Virus record (IMG/VR): IMGVR_UViG_3300029891_000010
Coordinates: 1 to 25,443 of that record
DNA: 25,443 nucleotides
DNA from: a virus
Taxonomy: Duplodnaviria > Caudoviricetes
Reading direction: 5' to 3' (one strand)
In this document: piece by piece, positions 16,530 to 25,442 of the stretch
Layout: every line of letters begins with the position of its first letter
Numbering within the stretch: the first letter of the stretch is position 1
Made by a program: the position numbers and the translations under genes
The notes under the pieces: model-generated
Databases searched by the model: none
Told to the model about the DNA's origin: nothing
The model's input: the letters and a program-made list of their open reading frames with translations, nothing else

Positions 16530-16534
16530 GAGGA

Positions 16535-17284
16535 TCAGCTCGCGGGGGTCTGCGCAGCAGCGGCCTTCTTGGCGTCGGCCTCGGCCTTGGCGGCGGCTTT
16601 CGCGGCCTCCTTCTCGGCCTTGGCCTTCTCGCGCTCGGCCTTCTTGGCGGCGGCTTCTTCGGCCTTCGCCGCCTTGGCCTTCTCGCGCTCCTCGGCCTTC
16701 TTGGTCTTGGCGAGGTCGGGGTCTTCCAGGCCGTGCTTCGTATACCACGCGGCACGGCGCTCGGCATATTCGGCATCGGTCGGCTCGACGACCTTCATCA
16801 GGCCCTTCGCTTCCCAGTTGTAGATGTCCCAGGCGAGGGTGCCTTCGCCCTCGATCGCGTCGATGACCAGCATCCCGTCCTTGTAGTTCGGCCAGCGGTG
16901 GGCGCGATCCTGCGAGCCGTCGTGCTGCTTGATGATCTCGACCTTCGAGAACATCTTGCGGGTCGGACGCTTCACATACTGGGACGCGGCGGGCTTCGCC
17001 AGCTTGCGTTCCTTGGGCTCTTTCGGAGCCTTCGGCGCCTTGGCGGGCTTCTCGCCGGTGGCCTCGCCACCTTCGCCGGCCTCGGACTTCACGGTCTCGT
17101 CGAACTTCTGCAGCGCCTTCCAGGTCTGCTCGACCGCCGTGTCGTGGTCCTTGAAGTTCTTGATGCCGGCGACGCCGAGGTTCGAAGCGACGGTGTTGCG
17201 GAGGGTCAGAAGGTCTTCGTCGGTCATGCCGGCGAGGTCGGCCTTGTTGTATTCGTTTTCGAGAAACTTGATCTTGTCGGTCAC
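16535..17284 (-). CDS. Ala/Lys/Glu-rich protein with helical C-terminal tail, possibly DNA-binding (249 aa)
   Basis: Start re-called to GTG 17284 (GGAG 6 nt upstream); KPAKAPKAPKEPK linker; AEREKAKA repeated; strong G/C third-position bias. Confidence 0.8.
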   Translation of the reverse strand: MTDKIKFLENEYNKADLAGMTDEDLLTLRNTVASNLGVAGIKNFKDHDTAVEQTWKALQKFDETVKSEAGEGGEATGEKPAKAPKAPKEPKERKLAKPAASQYVKRPTRKMFSKVEIIKQHDGSQDRAHRWPNYKDGMLVIDAIEGEGTLAWDIYNWEAKGLMKVVEPTDAEYAERRAAWYTKHGLEDPDLAKTKKAEEREKAKAAKAEEAAAKKAEREKAKAEKEAAKAAAKAEADAKKAAAAQTPAS

Positions 17285-17340
17285 AGCTGACTCCATTTCT
17301 GCGGTGGTATACCTTGACAGCACATGCCGCCAATGTTCGA

Positions 17341-17369
17341 AGGTTAGCCCATCGACGCACTGACGGCAA
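17341..17369 (-). promoter_or_regulatory. Sigma70-like promoter TTGCCG-17-TAACCT
   Basis: Intergenic; CTTG and CTA contexts resemble alphaproteobacterial housekeeping promoters. Confidence 0.5.
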
Positions 17370-17395
17370 GCACTATTTGTCCAGGTCGCCGCTAT

Positions 17396-19261
17396 TTAAT
17401 CGGCGCAGGCACCGGTCTTGCGGCCGAACTCGTCCAGAGTGCAGGCTCCGCTGAACCCGTCCTCTTCCTGAAGAGCCATGACCTTGGCCTGTTCTTCGTC
17501 TTGGGCTTCACTGCCGTCGACCGCCTTGATCGGCTCATCGTAGTTCCCAGCCGGACGATAGGTGGTGCAGCCTTTCGCACCATTCTCCCACGCCATGAGG
17601 TAGAGTTCCTTGAACTCGTCGAACTTGAAGTCCGTGGGAACATTGCAGGTCTTGCTGACGGCGCTGTCGATATGGCGCTGCGCCGTGCAGAGGACACCGA
17701 CGTGCTGGGCAGCGGTGATCTGCCCACCAGCCACGGTCCGGCCCTTGACGCCCAAGTAGGCGACGCCATAGTCCGGGATTTGCACCGTCTTCATGCCGTC
17801 CTTCATGATGACGTTGCGCTTCTGCTCATAGGCGATCACAGGCTCGATACCGGACGAGACATTGTCGGCATAGAGCGAGATGGTGCCAGTGGGAGCGATC
17901 GAGGTCAGATGGCTGTTCCGGATACCATACTTCTTGATCAGTGCCTTGGTATCATCCCACAGACCGCGAATGAAGTTGCCCTTCATGTAGCGCTCTTCGT
18001 CGTAGAGTGGGAATGCACCCTTCTCCTTCGCCAGCAGGGCCGATGCCTGATAGCAGTGGTTGGCGATGAATTCCATCAGCTGATCTTCGAAGGCCAGGAA
18101 GTCTTCGCTGCCGTAGGGATAGCCGAGGGCTTCCAGAGCGTTGGCGAGGCCGGTCACACCGAGACCCATGCGCCTCTTCCTTTGGGCTTCCAGCTTCTGC
18201 TGCGGAAGCGGGTAGCGGCTCCGGTCGATGACATTGTCCATCGCACGGACGACGAGCGGGATATCGGAGGCGAGAAGATCCCAGTCGAACGAGTAGGAAC
18301 CATCGGCGTTCTTGATCAGATATTTCACCACGTTGAAGGAGCCCAAGAGGCAGGCACCATACGGAGGAAGCGGCTGCTCGCCACAGGGATTGGTCGCCGC
18401 GATCGTCTCGCAATACCAGAGATTGTTCATGCGATTGATCGTGTCAATGAACAGGACGCCCGGCTCGGCCCAGTCGTAGTTCCCACGCATTATCATGTCC
18501 CAGAGCGCCTGGGAATCGACTTCGCGATAGTTCTTGCCGCCGAACTTCAGCATGAACGGCTTGCCAGTGGAGACACATTCCATCAGTTCGTCGGTGACAC
18601 CGACCGACATGTTGAACCCACGAAGCGGGCGCATGTCCCAGGGAATGTCAGGATTGGAGACCTGCTTCGCCCGGATGAACTTCTCGATATCCGGATGGTC
18701 GCAGCGAAGAACTGCCATCTGGGCACCACGACGGTTCCCTGCCGAAGCTGTCGCACGACACACGCTGTCGAAGATGTTGGCAAAAGCCAGCGGGCCGTCT
18801 GTCACGGACTGGACACCACGGATGATATCGCCGGAGGGACGCAGCGTGGAGAAGTCATAGCCGACACCGCCTCCCTGACGCATGGTAATCGCAGCCAGTT
18901 TGGCGACGTCCATGATGGACTCGGAGCTGAATGCGCCGGTGCCCTTCTCGATCATGCGCTCGGCTTCGGTCGGGCCGTCGGTGAAACTGTCGTGAATGGT
19001 CGGCATCACGAAGCAGTTGTAGAGCGTCACGTTCTTGAGCGAACCTGCGCCTGCGAGAACACGACCGGGCGGAGAGAACCGCTGGTCCATGATCGTGTCA
19101 CGGAAGCCCATATAGTGCTCGTGATTGTCCTGGAGGAACCCAGCGACGCGGTTCATCGCTTCCCTGTGGTTCTCGTTCTCACCGCGATATTTTTCCCCGC
19201 CGATAGCGTCGCAGTATGGGTTCTGTGGTCCGACCATTCGTTTGGTCTCCTGAGTGCGCAT
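17396..19261 (-). CDS. nrdJ: Class II (adenosylcobalamin-dependent) ribonucleotide reductase
   Basis: LYNCFV, GGGVGYDFS.LRP, RRGAQM, TNPCGEQPL, IAPTGTISL, and a C-terminal Cys pair; no beta subunit nearby. Start is ATG 19261 or 19237. Confidence 0.92.
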   Translation of the reverse strand: MRTQETKRMVGPQNPYCDAIGGEKYRGENENHREAMNRVAGFLQDNHEHYMGFRDTIMDQRFSPPGRVLAGAGSLKNVTLYNCFVMPTIHDSFTDGPTEAERMIEKGTGAFSSESIMDVAKLAAITMRQGGGVGYDFSTLRPSGDIIRGVQSVTDGPLAFANIFDSVCRATASAGNRRGAQMAVLRCDHPDIEKFIRAKQVSNPDIPWDMRPLRGFNMSVGVTDELMECVSTGKPFMLKFGGKNYREVDSQALWDMIMRGNYDWAEPGVLFIDTINRMNNLWYCETIAATNPCGEQPLPPYGACLLGSFNVVKYLIKNADGSYSFDWDLLASDIPLVVRAMDNVIDRSRYPLPQQKLEAQRKRRMGLGVTGLANALEALGYPYGSEDFLAFEDQLMEFIANHCYQASALLAKEKGAFPLYDEERYMKGNFIRGLWDDTKALIKKYGIRNSHLTSIAPTGTISLYADNVSSGIEPVIAYEQKRNVIMKDGMKTVQIPDYGVAYLGVKGRTVAGGQITAAQHVGVLCTAQRHIDSAVSKTCNVPTDFKFDEFKELYLMAWENGAKGCTTYRPAGNYDEPIKAVDGSEAQDEEQAKVMALQEEDGFSGACTLDEFGRKTGACAD

Positions 19262-19274
19262 GAGTTTCCCTTCG

Positions 19275-20513
19275 CTACATTCTGACGACCGAGACCTTCT
19301 CGGCCGCACGGGTTATCGCAGTGTAGAGCCAGCGGTTTCTCTGCTGGCGAAACACTCCCGACTCGTCAAAGACGCAGACACTGTCCCACTGGGAGCCTTG
19401 CGACTTGTGAACTGTCAGGGCATATCCATAATCGAACTCATGCGCCTCAGCGCGGAGCCAGTATTGTTTCTCGAGCTCTTTACCTCGTCCAAGGAAGTGA
19501 TGCTCCAGTGCGGCGACGCTCACGCTCATCGGATTGTCTTCAGGCTGGACTGACATGTGAACTTTGCCGTCCATCACACCTTCGACATCGGTGACGTTAA
19601 AGATTGCCCCGTTTAGCAAGCCTAGCTCACTGTTGTTTCTAAGGCAAACCAAACGGTCACCGAGGACAGGGTAGGGATCGTAGATCTCATGGAGCTTGCG
19701 CATCTTCATGTTGCTGGCGTGGCGCGTCACGTTCTTGCCCACCAGAACTTGATCGTAGCTCAGCATCAGCTCCTTATCGAGCTTCGTCCCTCTTGGGTAG
19801 ACGTGGCAGTCTCCACCCCAGTCACCGAGACGCAGAGGTTCATTGTTGCGAACCAAGGTAGCCATTCTCAAGATGGGAGACTCTGCTGCTTGACGGTGAA
19901 TTTCATCAAGCATCACATCGGGAGTAACCCCTTCGGTGAAGTAACCAGCGCCGCCGACAGGAGGAAGCTGGGCAGGATCGCCCAAGACAAGGACGGGTGT
20001 CTTGAACGACAGAAGGTCTTCGCCCATTTGAGCATCAACCATGGAGCATTCGTCGATGACGACCAGTGCAGCTTCCTTGACGATGCTGTCGCGGTTCAGA
20101 ACGAACATCGGCTGTGAAGCGTTCTTTGCCTCTTCCTCGATGTCCTTGCGAAGCGATCGCACTTTGGGATGCTGATCGATGAAGTCCGCCGTCATGTCCT
20201 TCATCTCAGCCAGCAAGTTCTCCAACTCGAGTTCGAGTTCTTGCAGACGTGCCTTGCTCTTGTCTCTGCTCCGATAGATCAGCGAGTGGATCGTTGCAGC
20301 ATTCTCGCAGCCCTTGGTCCGCAAGACGTGAGCGGCTTTGCCGGTGTAGGCAGCGAACAGGACATCGCCATCGATGCCTTCTGCCAGATGCCTTGCGAGC
20401 GTGGTTTTTCCGGTGCCAGCATACCCAAAGAGGTGGAACACCTGCTTCTCGCCGTTGCGATACCAGTCGTCCACAGCACGGAGTGCGGCTTCCTGTTGTG
20501 GTGAAAATCTCAT
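19275..20513 (-). CDS. SF1B RecD/Dda-like DNA helicase
   Basis: GYAGTGKT, VIDECSM, GDPAQLPPV, YALTVHKSQGSQW, YTAITRA. Confidence 0.93.
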   Translation of the reverse strand: MRFSPQQEAALRAVDDWYRNGEKQVFHLFGYAGTGKTTLARHLAEGIDGDVLFAAYTGKAAHVLRTKGCENAATIHSLIYRSRDKSKARLQELELELENLLAEMKDMTADFIDQHPKVRSLRKDIEEEAKNASQPMFVLNRDSIVKEAALVVIDECSMVDAQMGEDLLSFKTPVLVLGDPAQLPPVGGAGYFTEGVTPDVMLDEIHRQAAESPILRMATLVRNNEPLRLGDWGGDCHVYPRGTKLDKELMLSYDQVLVGKNVTRHASNMKMRKLHEIYDPYPVLGDRLVCLRNNSELGLLNGAIFNVTDVEGVMDGKVHMSVQPEDNPMSVSVAALEHHFLGRGKELEKQYWLRAEAHEFDYGYALTVHKSQGSQWDSVCVFDESGVFRQQRNRWLYTAITRAAEKVSVVRM

Positions 20514-20528
20514 GGCCCCTCCTGGACG

Positions 20529-20556
20529 AAAAAGGGCGGGGAGTTAACCCCGCCCT
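20529..20556 (-). terminator. Rho-independent terminator after the SSB-like gene
   Basis: Minus strand AGGGCGGGG-TTAACT-CCCCGCCCT followed by TTTT. Confidence 0.75.
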
Positions 20557-20575
20557 GATGACGCCCGTCCTGTGA

Positions 20576-21457
20576 TCAGAACGGAATGTCTTCGTCGTCG
20601 CCAGAGGAGCCACCACGGTTCTGACTGCCGCCGCCCGAGGAACTGCCCTCGTCGTCGCCGCCGGTCTTGGCGATGGAGTCGAAGTCGGCACGAGCCAGCC
20701 CGTTCTCGATCATGTCCGCGAAGTCCTTGGCTTCTTTCAGGAGAGCCATGCCTTCCGGCGAGCCGGGGTTGATCAGCGACAGACGCCACGTCTCTTCCAT
20801 CGGGCTGATCTTGTAGTTGTAGAACGTGCCGGAGTCGTTCTTCTGCTTCGACGTGCTGATCTTGCAGCGGTTGGCGAAGATCGGCGGCGAGCCCTTCTGG
20901 GTATACATCGCCGTCATCCAGTCCTTGTGGACCTTGATCTTGGTCGACGAGAAGCTCAGGACGCAGTAGCCCTCGGTCTCGGTGCCGTCCTCGTTCATGA
21001 TCAGGCAGTAAACGTAATAGGTCTCCACCAGATCATTGCCGCCCGGCGACTTGAACGGGATGCGCTTGCCGTCGGCATCCTTGGGCGGAATGCGCGAGCC
21101 GCCGTTCTTGGCGATCGCATCCTTGTAGACCTGCGAGTCGAGCTCATGCCGATCGACGAGACCGCCGCCCTTGGTCCGGGGAACCCATTCGACGACCGCC
21201 GCTTCCTTGTAGACGGGGATCACCACCACCGGCTGCTTCAGGATTTCCTTGGTCACCGAGTTGACCAGATCGCCGGCCTTGCAGCCCTCGATCAGCTGAT
21301 CCTCGACCTCGGGGGAGTTGGATTGCAACACGTTGATGAAGGGAATGGAGAGATCGGTGATCTTCGTCCCTTCGAAGCCCGCGTGGGCGTATTCACCGTA
21401 GTCGAACGACTGCGCGACTTCGGTGCCTTTCGTGGTCGCTACTTCTTTGCCAGCCAT
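20576..21457 (-). CDS. Probable single-stranded DNA-binding protein
   Basis: 293 aa; Gly/Ser-rich linker and acidic C-terminus DDEDIPF typical of SSB tails; AGGAG RBS; located among replication genes. Confidence 0.7.
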   Translation of the reverse strand: MAGKEVATTKGTEVAQSFDYGEYAHAGFEGTKITDLSIPFINVLQSNSPEVEDQLIEGCKAGDLVNSVTKEILKQPVVVIPVYKEAAVVEWVPRTKGGGLVDRHELDSQVYKDAIAKNGGSRIPPKDADGKRIPFKSPGGNDLVETYYVYCLIMNEDGTETEGYCVLSFSSTKIKVHKDWMTAMYTQKGSPPIFANRCKISTSKQKNDSGTFYNYKISPMEETWRLSLINPGSPEGMALLKEAKDFADMIENGLARADFDSIAKTGGDDEGSSSGGGSQNRGGSSGDDEDIPF

Positions 21458-21536
21458 GATGGCTCCTTTCGGCTATAGTTGAGCACGGTATTTTGCCGAA
21501 CGCCCCGTGCGGCGTTTTTCTCTCGCGAGGAGAAAC

Positions 21537-22091
21537 CTAGTCGAGCTCCTTGATCTTGGCGGTGCGCTGCCGGAAAATACCGAACGTGTCAGTCGGCAAG
21601 TCGACGCCTTCACCAAGCTGCTCTTTCACCCAGGAGTTCAGGGTGGCGTGGTGGACCGTGTAGTTGGACTTCATGACCAGAGGTCCGAGCTGAAGTGTGC
21701 CGATCATTTCGATGAACTTCTTGCAGCGCTCCTCGTCTCCTTTGGGGAACTCGAAGGAAACTTCACGCTTCACGATGTGGCCGTAGCCATTGTCATCGAG
21801 CCACTTGATCGCAGGCTCACGCTTCTCACCAGCGATGCTGGACCTGATCTCTTCCTTGACCTGTAGCTCGCGCCCGTCGCCGAGGTTGAACTTGCCTTCC
21901 ATGCCATCCGTGGCCTGCGGCAAGCGGACCTCAGCGATGTCCTTGCGCTTGGTCTTGGCCGCTTCCAGCGCCGCCTCAGCAGCGGCTACCTCTGCATCGG
22001 CCGCTTCGAGCTCGTCCGCCAACGTGCGCAATACAGCAGTCAGATTGTCGGAAGCCTTGTCGTCGCGGAATGCAGCGTAGTCATCTTGCAT
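21537..22091 (-). CDS. Hypothetical protein with N-terminal coiled coil (184 aa)
   Basis: AAGGGGG RBS; promoter-like site upstream; clean ORF. Confidence 0.8.
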   Translation of the reverse strand: MQDDYAAFRDDKASDNLTAVLRTLADELEAADAEVAAAEAALEAAKTKRKDIAEVRLPQATDGMEGKFNLGDGRELQVKEEIRSSIAGEKREPAIKWLDDNGYGHIVKREVSFEFPKGDEERCKKFIEMIGTLQLGPLVMKSNYTVHHATLNSWVKEQLGEGVDLPTDTFGIFRQRTAKIKELD

Positions 22092-22118
22092 GGTGTGGAC
22101 CCCCTTATCAGCCTAGCC

Positions 22119-22147
22119 AGTATGCCCCGGCAGCGCCCAAAAGACAA
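22119..22147 (-). promoter_or_regulatory. Sigma70-like promoter TTGTCT-17-CATACT
   Basis: Intergenic; GAACTTGTC context shared with two other sites. Confidence 0.7.
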
Positions 22148-22149
22148 GT

Positions 22150-22497
22150 TCAATATATCCTGGCGACAATCTCCGTATACTCGTTATGTCGTCCACTCCA
22201 TTGAAGAAGACGCACGTTTCCTTCATTGTAGTGAGCGGCAATCGTGGTTGCCATTCCGATAAGACCGGGATTTCCGATCAGCAGAAGGTGATCCTTGTCG
22301 CTGAAGTTTTTCAGCTTCTCGTGCATATCACCCAAGACAAGCTCGGGGTTGAACGGGTTCGCTGAAGGCGACAGAAGATAGATGATGGCCCCCCAGCGAA
22401 GGGCCTTGTTGATCGACGTGAAACGAGGGACGAGTTCCTTGCTCGTCTGATCGAATCTCATCTGTTGTTGAACTGCGTAGACTGTCATCAGATCCAC
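22150..22497 (-). CDS. Hypothetical protein (about 112-115 aa)
   Basis: Overlaps the helicase stop; start is GTG 22497 or ATG 22488. Confidence 0.75.
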   Translation of the reverse strand: MDLMTVYAVQQQMRFDQTSKELVPRFTSINKALRWGAIIYLLSPSANPFNPELVLGDMHEKLKNFSDKDHLLLIGNPGLIGMATTIAAHYNEGNVRLLQWSGRHNEYTEIVARIY

Positions 22498-23963
22498 TCC
22501 TTGAGAGCATCACCGAGGATTTCTGCAGATACGTTTCGCTTCCCACGAAGGTTGCTGACGATATGCTCGTCGATCGGTGCATCACTCATGATGTCGATGT
22601 AGTTGACCGGATGCTCGTCCATGCCACCACGATGAGCGCGATCTTCAGATTGAAGCCTGTCAAGCAGGCGGAAGGAATTCGAATAGTAGACCATCGTCTT
22701 GGCCTGTGTCAGCGTCAGACCAGAGCCTCCCTTTTGGGCATTGCCGACGAACCATTGAACATCGCCGCGTTGGAATGCGAGCTTGTTCCGTTCGGCTTGA
22801 TCTTCATCGACCCGGCCATCATAGCGGACAGCCTTCTTGCCCAAGAGGTCCATCAGCTGATCGATATCGTGCGAGAACCGCGCCCACACGATGCCGGGAG
22901 TGAAGGTCTCATCACGGATTTGTTCCATGGCATTCATGCGAGGGTTCTTGTCCGAGAACATATGGACAGGTTCGTCCTCGCCGACAGGAACATAGTTGCA
23001 GGCGATCTGCTGATACCGCAGCAGAGCAACGATCGGCAGTTCTGCAGAGATCACATGGTCACCGATCTCCAGCATCAGGTTCTCACGGAGTTCCTCCATG
23101 GCGACCTTCTGCTCACTCGACATTTCGAAGTAGCGTTTGGAGTAGAGCTTCGGCGGCAGGTCGAGAACATCGTCCTTGAGCACCCGATCGCTGATTTCAG
23201 CGAGCCACGCCCCCAGCTTGTCGAGGTTCTGATACTCGATCAGCTTGTCGTAGCCGGGATCATAGCCTTGATCTCGTTTGCACTGCTCGGCCGTATACCA
23301 GACACCGAAATAGTTCCGGAATTCGACAGAGCCGTGGATACCGTGGTTCTTCCAGAAATACTCGTTCAGGAACTTGATCTGGCTGTAGATATCGAACGGT
23401 CCAATGGCGACAGGAGTTCCCGTGAGCAGTCGCTTCATCTTGGCGTATCGCCCAGAGGCGATGATGCTCTTGGTCCGCTTCGCGCTCGGGCTCTTGATAT
23501 TGTGAGCTTCGTCGAGAGCATACATGACCTTGCGGGTCTTGAGGAACTTCCAGACAAGTTCCTTGCCTTCTTTGGTCATGAACCCGTTGTAGCTGATGAG
23601 CAGCACCGAAAGCCCATCATGGGTGAACAGGCTGTTCATCGCCCGCTTGTGAGCCTGCGTCGCCTTGCGAGCGGTGCTGAACACTTGGATGCGCGTTTCG
23701 AGAGCGACATCAGGCGGCAGGTGTTTCGGAAGTTCGTCGGTATTCCAGTTGCGCTCAACGCCGGGAGGGGCGACGACCAGCAGGCCATCGATCTCACCTT
23801 GGCGGAACTTGATTGCGACAGTGTCGATGACCGGCTTGGACTTCGCGGTTCCCTGCTCCCACAGGAGACCCCAAGTGGCATCGTCCACATGCTGCTGAAG
23901 ATGTTTCAGTTGGTGCTGAAACGGATCGATCTGATGATCGTAGTTCGAGACGTCGGTAGTCAT
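22488..23963 (-). CDS. SNF2-like SF2 helicase
   Basis: Start re-called to ATG 23963 (AAGGAG RBS). EQGTAKS, LDEAH, LLTGTP, GGSGLTL, QSEDRAHR. Confidence 0.92.
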   Translation of the reverse strand: MTTDVSNYDHQIDPFQHQLKHLQQHVDDATWGLLWEQGTAKSKPVIDTVAIKFRQGEIDGLLVVAPPGVERNWNTDELPKHLPPDVALETRIQVFSTARKATQAHKRAMNSLFTHDGLSVLLISYNGFMTKEGKELVWKFLKTRKVMYALDEAHNIKSPSAKRTKSIIASGRYAKMKRLLTGTPVAIGPFDIYSQIKFLNEYFWKNHGIHGSVEFRNYFGVWYTAEQCKRDQGYDPGYDKLIEYQNLDKLGAWLAEISDRVLKDDVLDLPPKLYSKRYFEMSSEQKVAMEELRENLMLEIGDHVISAELPIVALLRYQQIACNYVPVGEDEPVHMFSDKNPRMNAMEQIRDETFTPGIVWARFSHDIDQLMDLLGKKAVRYDGRVDEDQAERNKLAFQRGDVQWFVGNAQKGGSGLTLTQAKTMVYYSNSFRLLDRLQSEDRAHRGGMDEHPVNYIDIMSDAPIDEHIVSNLRGKRNVSAEILGDALKEWI

Positions 23964-23980
23964 TGGTTCTCCTTTTCTAC

Positions 23981-24008
23981 AGTATATCTTGGTGACACTA
24001 CCTGACAA
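23981..24008 (-). promoter_or_regulatory. Sigma70-like promoter TTGTCA-16-TATACT
   Basis: Immediately upstream of the helicase RBS; the -35 is part of a TGACAATACT repeat. Confidence 0.55.
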
Positions 24009-24250
24009 TACTTAGATTGCCAGTGTTGAAGTAAGTGATGTCACCAGTTTTGCCTTAGTTTACAACCATTTACTTATCTCTGACAATACTTGACAATACT
24101 TACAATACTAAAACCCTAGCGGGGTGATACTGCAAAAGGCTGGCACCTTGGGCACAGGTGCTGCCAGTAGCGCAAGTGATGTCATGGATACAATCTGCCA
24201 GCCTTTACAATGGGTTGACTTTTTGTCCATGACATCACCTGACATCACTT
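23993..24250. repeat. AT-rich intergenic region with iterated direct and inverted repeats (candidate origin or operator array)
   Basis: TGACAATACT at 24003, 24081 and 24091, with variants at 23993 and 24101. GTGATGTCA at 24035 and 24176, inverted at 24230 and 24240. Two longer inverted repeats. Confidence 0.8.
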
Positions 24251-25057
24251 TGCCAGCTTCTTGACCACCACGAAGGCCACCACGAGGGCTGCGATAATAC
24301 CGATCGCTGCCGCTGCGTATTGAAGCGGACCATCCGGAAGCGCAGAAGCAGAGGCGATTGCACCGGGAACGACACCACCACCGATCTTCGCAAGGTTGTC
24401 CATATTGATGGATTCTGCTGCGCGAACGGTGACTTTCGTATCCTCCTCCTCGGCCTTGCCGGGTGCTTCCATCTTGGGCGCAGCGATGTCAGTCTTGCCT
24501 TCGAACAGCCACACGCTGCGATCGATCACACCGCTGTCTTTTCCCGCCTGCACACCTTCGACGATGTCACCCATGACGCGCCGGGTCCAGCCTTTGCCGA
24601 ACGTGGAAAAGGTGGACAGAGTCTTCATCCAGTTCCAGCGTTTGAGGCAGAGAGCCTCGATGAGACCCTGAATGTCGTTCTTCCGCGAAATGGCACCCAG
24701 AATGACGTTGCCCATCACGCCGTCCTGCGAGACGCCCAAGAGAGACTGAAGGAACTTGACAGCCTTCGCGACACCGGAGTTGATGGCGAAATCATACATC
24801 GCATAGTCGAGACCAGCGGGCAGGGCGTCGCCGAATACGCGATCCCAATATTGCTCCTTGTAGATTTGCCAGACCTCGGCGTTGGTGATCTCTTTCACCG
24901 AACGACGCGGCAAACCCATACGATCACGGAAGCCGTCGTAGGTGCGCTGGATCACACCTTTGTTCGTGGCTCCGCCGGGGTCCTTCGGATGATTGACATA
25001 GCCACCCTCATGAACCAGAACCCACGTCGTGCATTGATCGAAGTTCGCCGCAGTCAT
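24245..25057 (-). CDS. Endolysin, glycoside hydrolase family 108 with PG-binding_3 domain and hydrophobic C-terminus
   Basis: HEGGYVNHPKDPGGATNKGV, YW, YDFAINSG, LQ..LGV.QDG.MG, FGKGWTRRV; AAGGAG RBS. Confidence 0.93.
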   Translation of the reverse strand: MTAANFDQCTTWVLVHEGGYVNHPKDPGGATNKGVIQRTYDGFRDRMGLPRRSVKEITNAEVWQIYKEQYWDRVFGDALPAGLDYAMYDFAINSGVAKAVKFLQSLLGVSQDGVMGNVILGAISRKNDIQGLIEALCLKRWNWMKTLSTFSTFGKGWTRRVMGDIVEGVQAGKDSGVIDRSVWLFEGKTDIAAPKMEAPGKAEEEDTKVTVRAAESINMDNLAKIGGGVVPGAIASASALPDGPLQYAAAAIGIIAALVVAFVVVKKLAK

Positions 25058-25061
25058 TCTG

Positions 25062-25442
25062 TCACTCCTTTTCTGAAGTTATTTCGTTCTTGGACTCGAG
25101 CCACAGCCGAAGCCTCTTGGGATAGAAGACGGCGGTGAAAATCGAATATTGCCCCGGTGCCTTATCATCGACAATGATCCAGTAGCCTTTCAGCTTGAAC
25201 CACACGCCGATGATAATAAGAATATTGAAGAACCAGTTGATGTGACTGCCAGTGATACCATAGTCCTCTTTCCAGCTGACATCAAGAACGTCAGGCAGAA
25301 TGTCCCAGTAGAACATTCGCATCATTTGGAAAAGCGCCATCATCCAGATGCCGGTCCCGATGAAATCGATGGATGCTTCACGCGGACGACGGACATACCG
25401 ACGAAACCCAAAGATGAGCAGTGCCAGCATTCCGATGGCGAT
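25062..25442 (-). CDS. Membrane protein, possible holin; probably truncated at the window edge
   Basis: About three hydrophobic segments; directly upstream of the endolysin; frame stays open upstream of ATG 25430. Confidence 0.6.
   Translation of the reverse strand: MAIGMLALLIFGFRRYVRRPREASIDFIGTGIWMMALFQMMRMFYWDILPDVLDVSWKEDYGITGSHINWFFNILIIIGVWFKLKGYWIIVDDKAPGQYSIFTAVFYPKRLRLWLESKNEITSEKE

Noticed and set aside
16530-17369. N-terminal 280 aa of the 587-aa ORF as a fusion to the DNA kinase
   Set aside because: Arg-rich off-frame translation of the overlapping Ala/Lys-rich gene; kinase-like sequence begins only near 16529 and no slippery site was evident.
21499-21535. Short hairpins upstream of the SSB-like gene as a terminator
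   Set aside because: Stem is only 6 bp and the T-run is on the non-coding strand; too weak to call.
24003-24110. CRISPR-like array
   Set aside because: Repeats are only 10 bp and mostly abutting, without unique spacers of regular length.
477-25138. Long plus-strand ORFs (e.g. 477-1817, 3181-4095, 9873-11603, 14033-15376, 17501-19285, 22563-24005, 24320-25138)
   Set aside because: They mirror well-supported minus-strand genes, show no recognisable motifs, and are the expected antisense shadows of biased codon usage.
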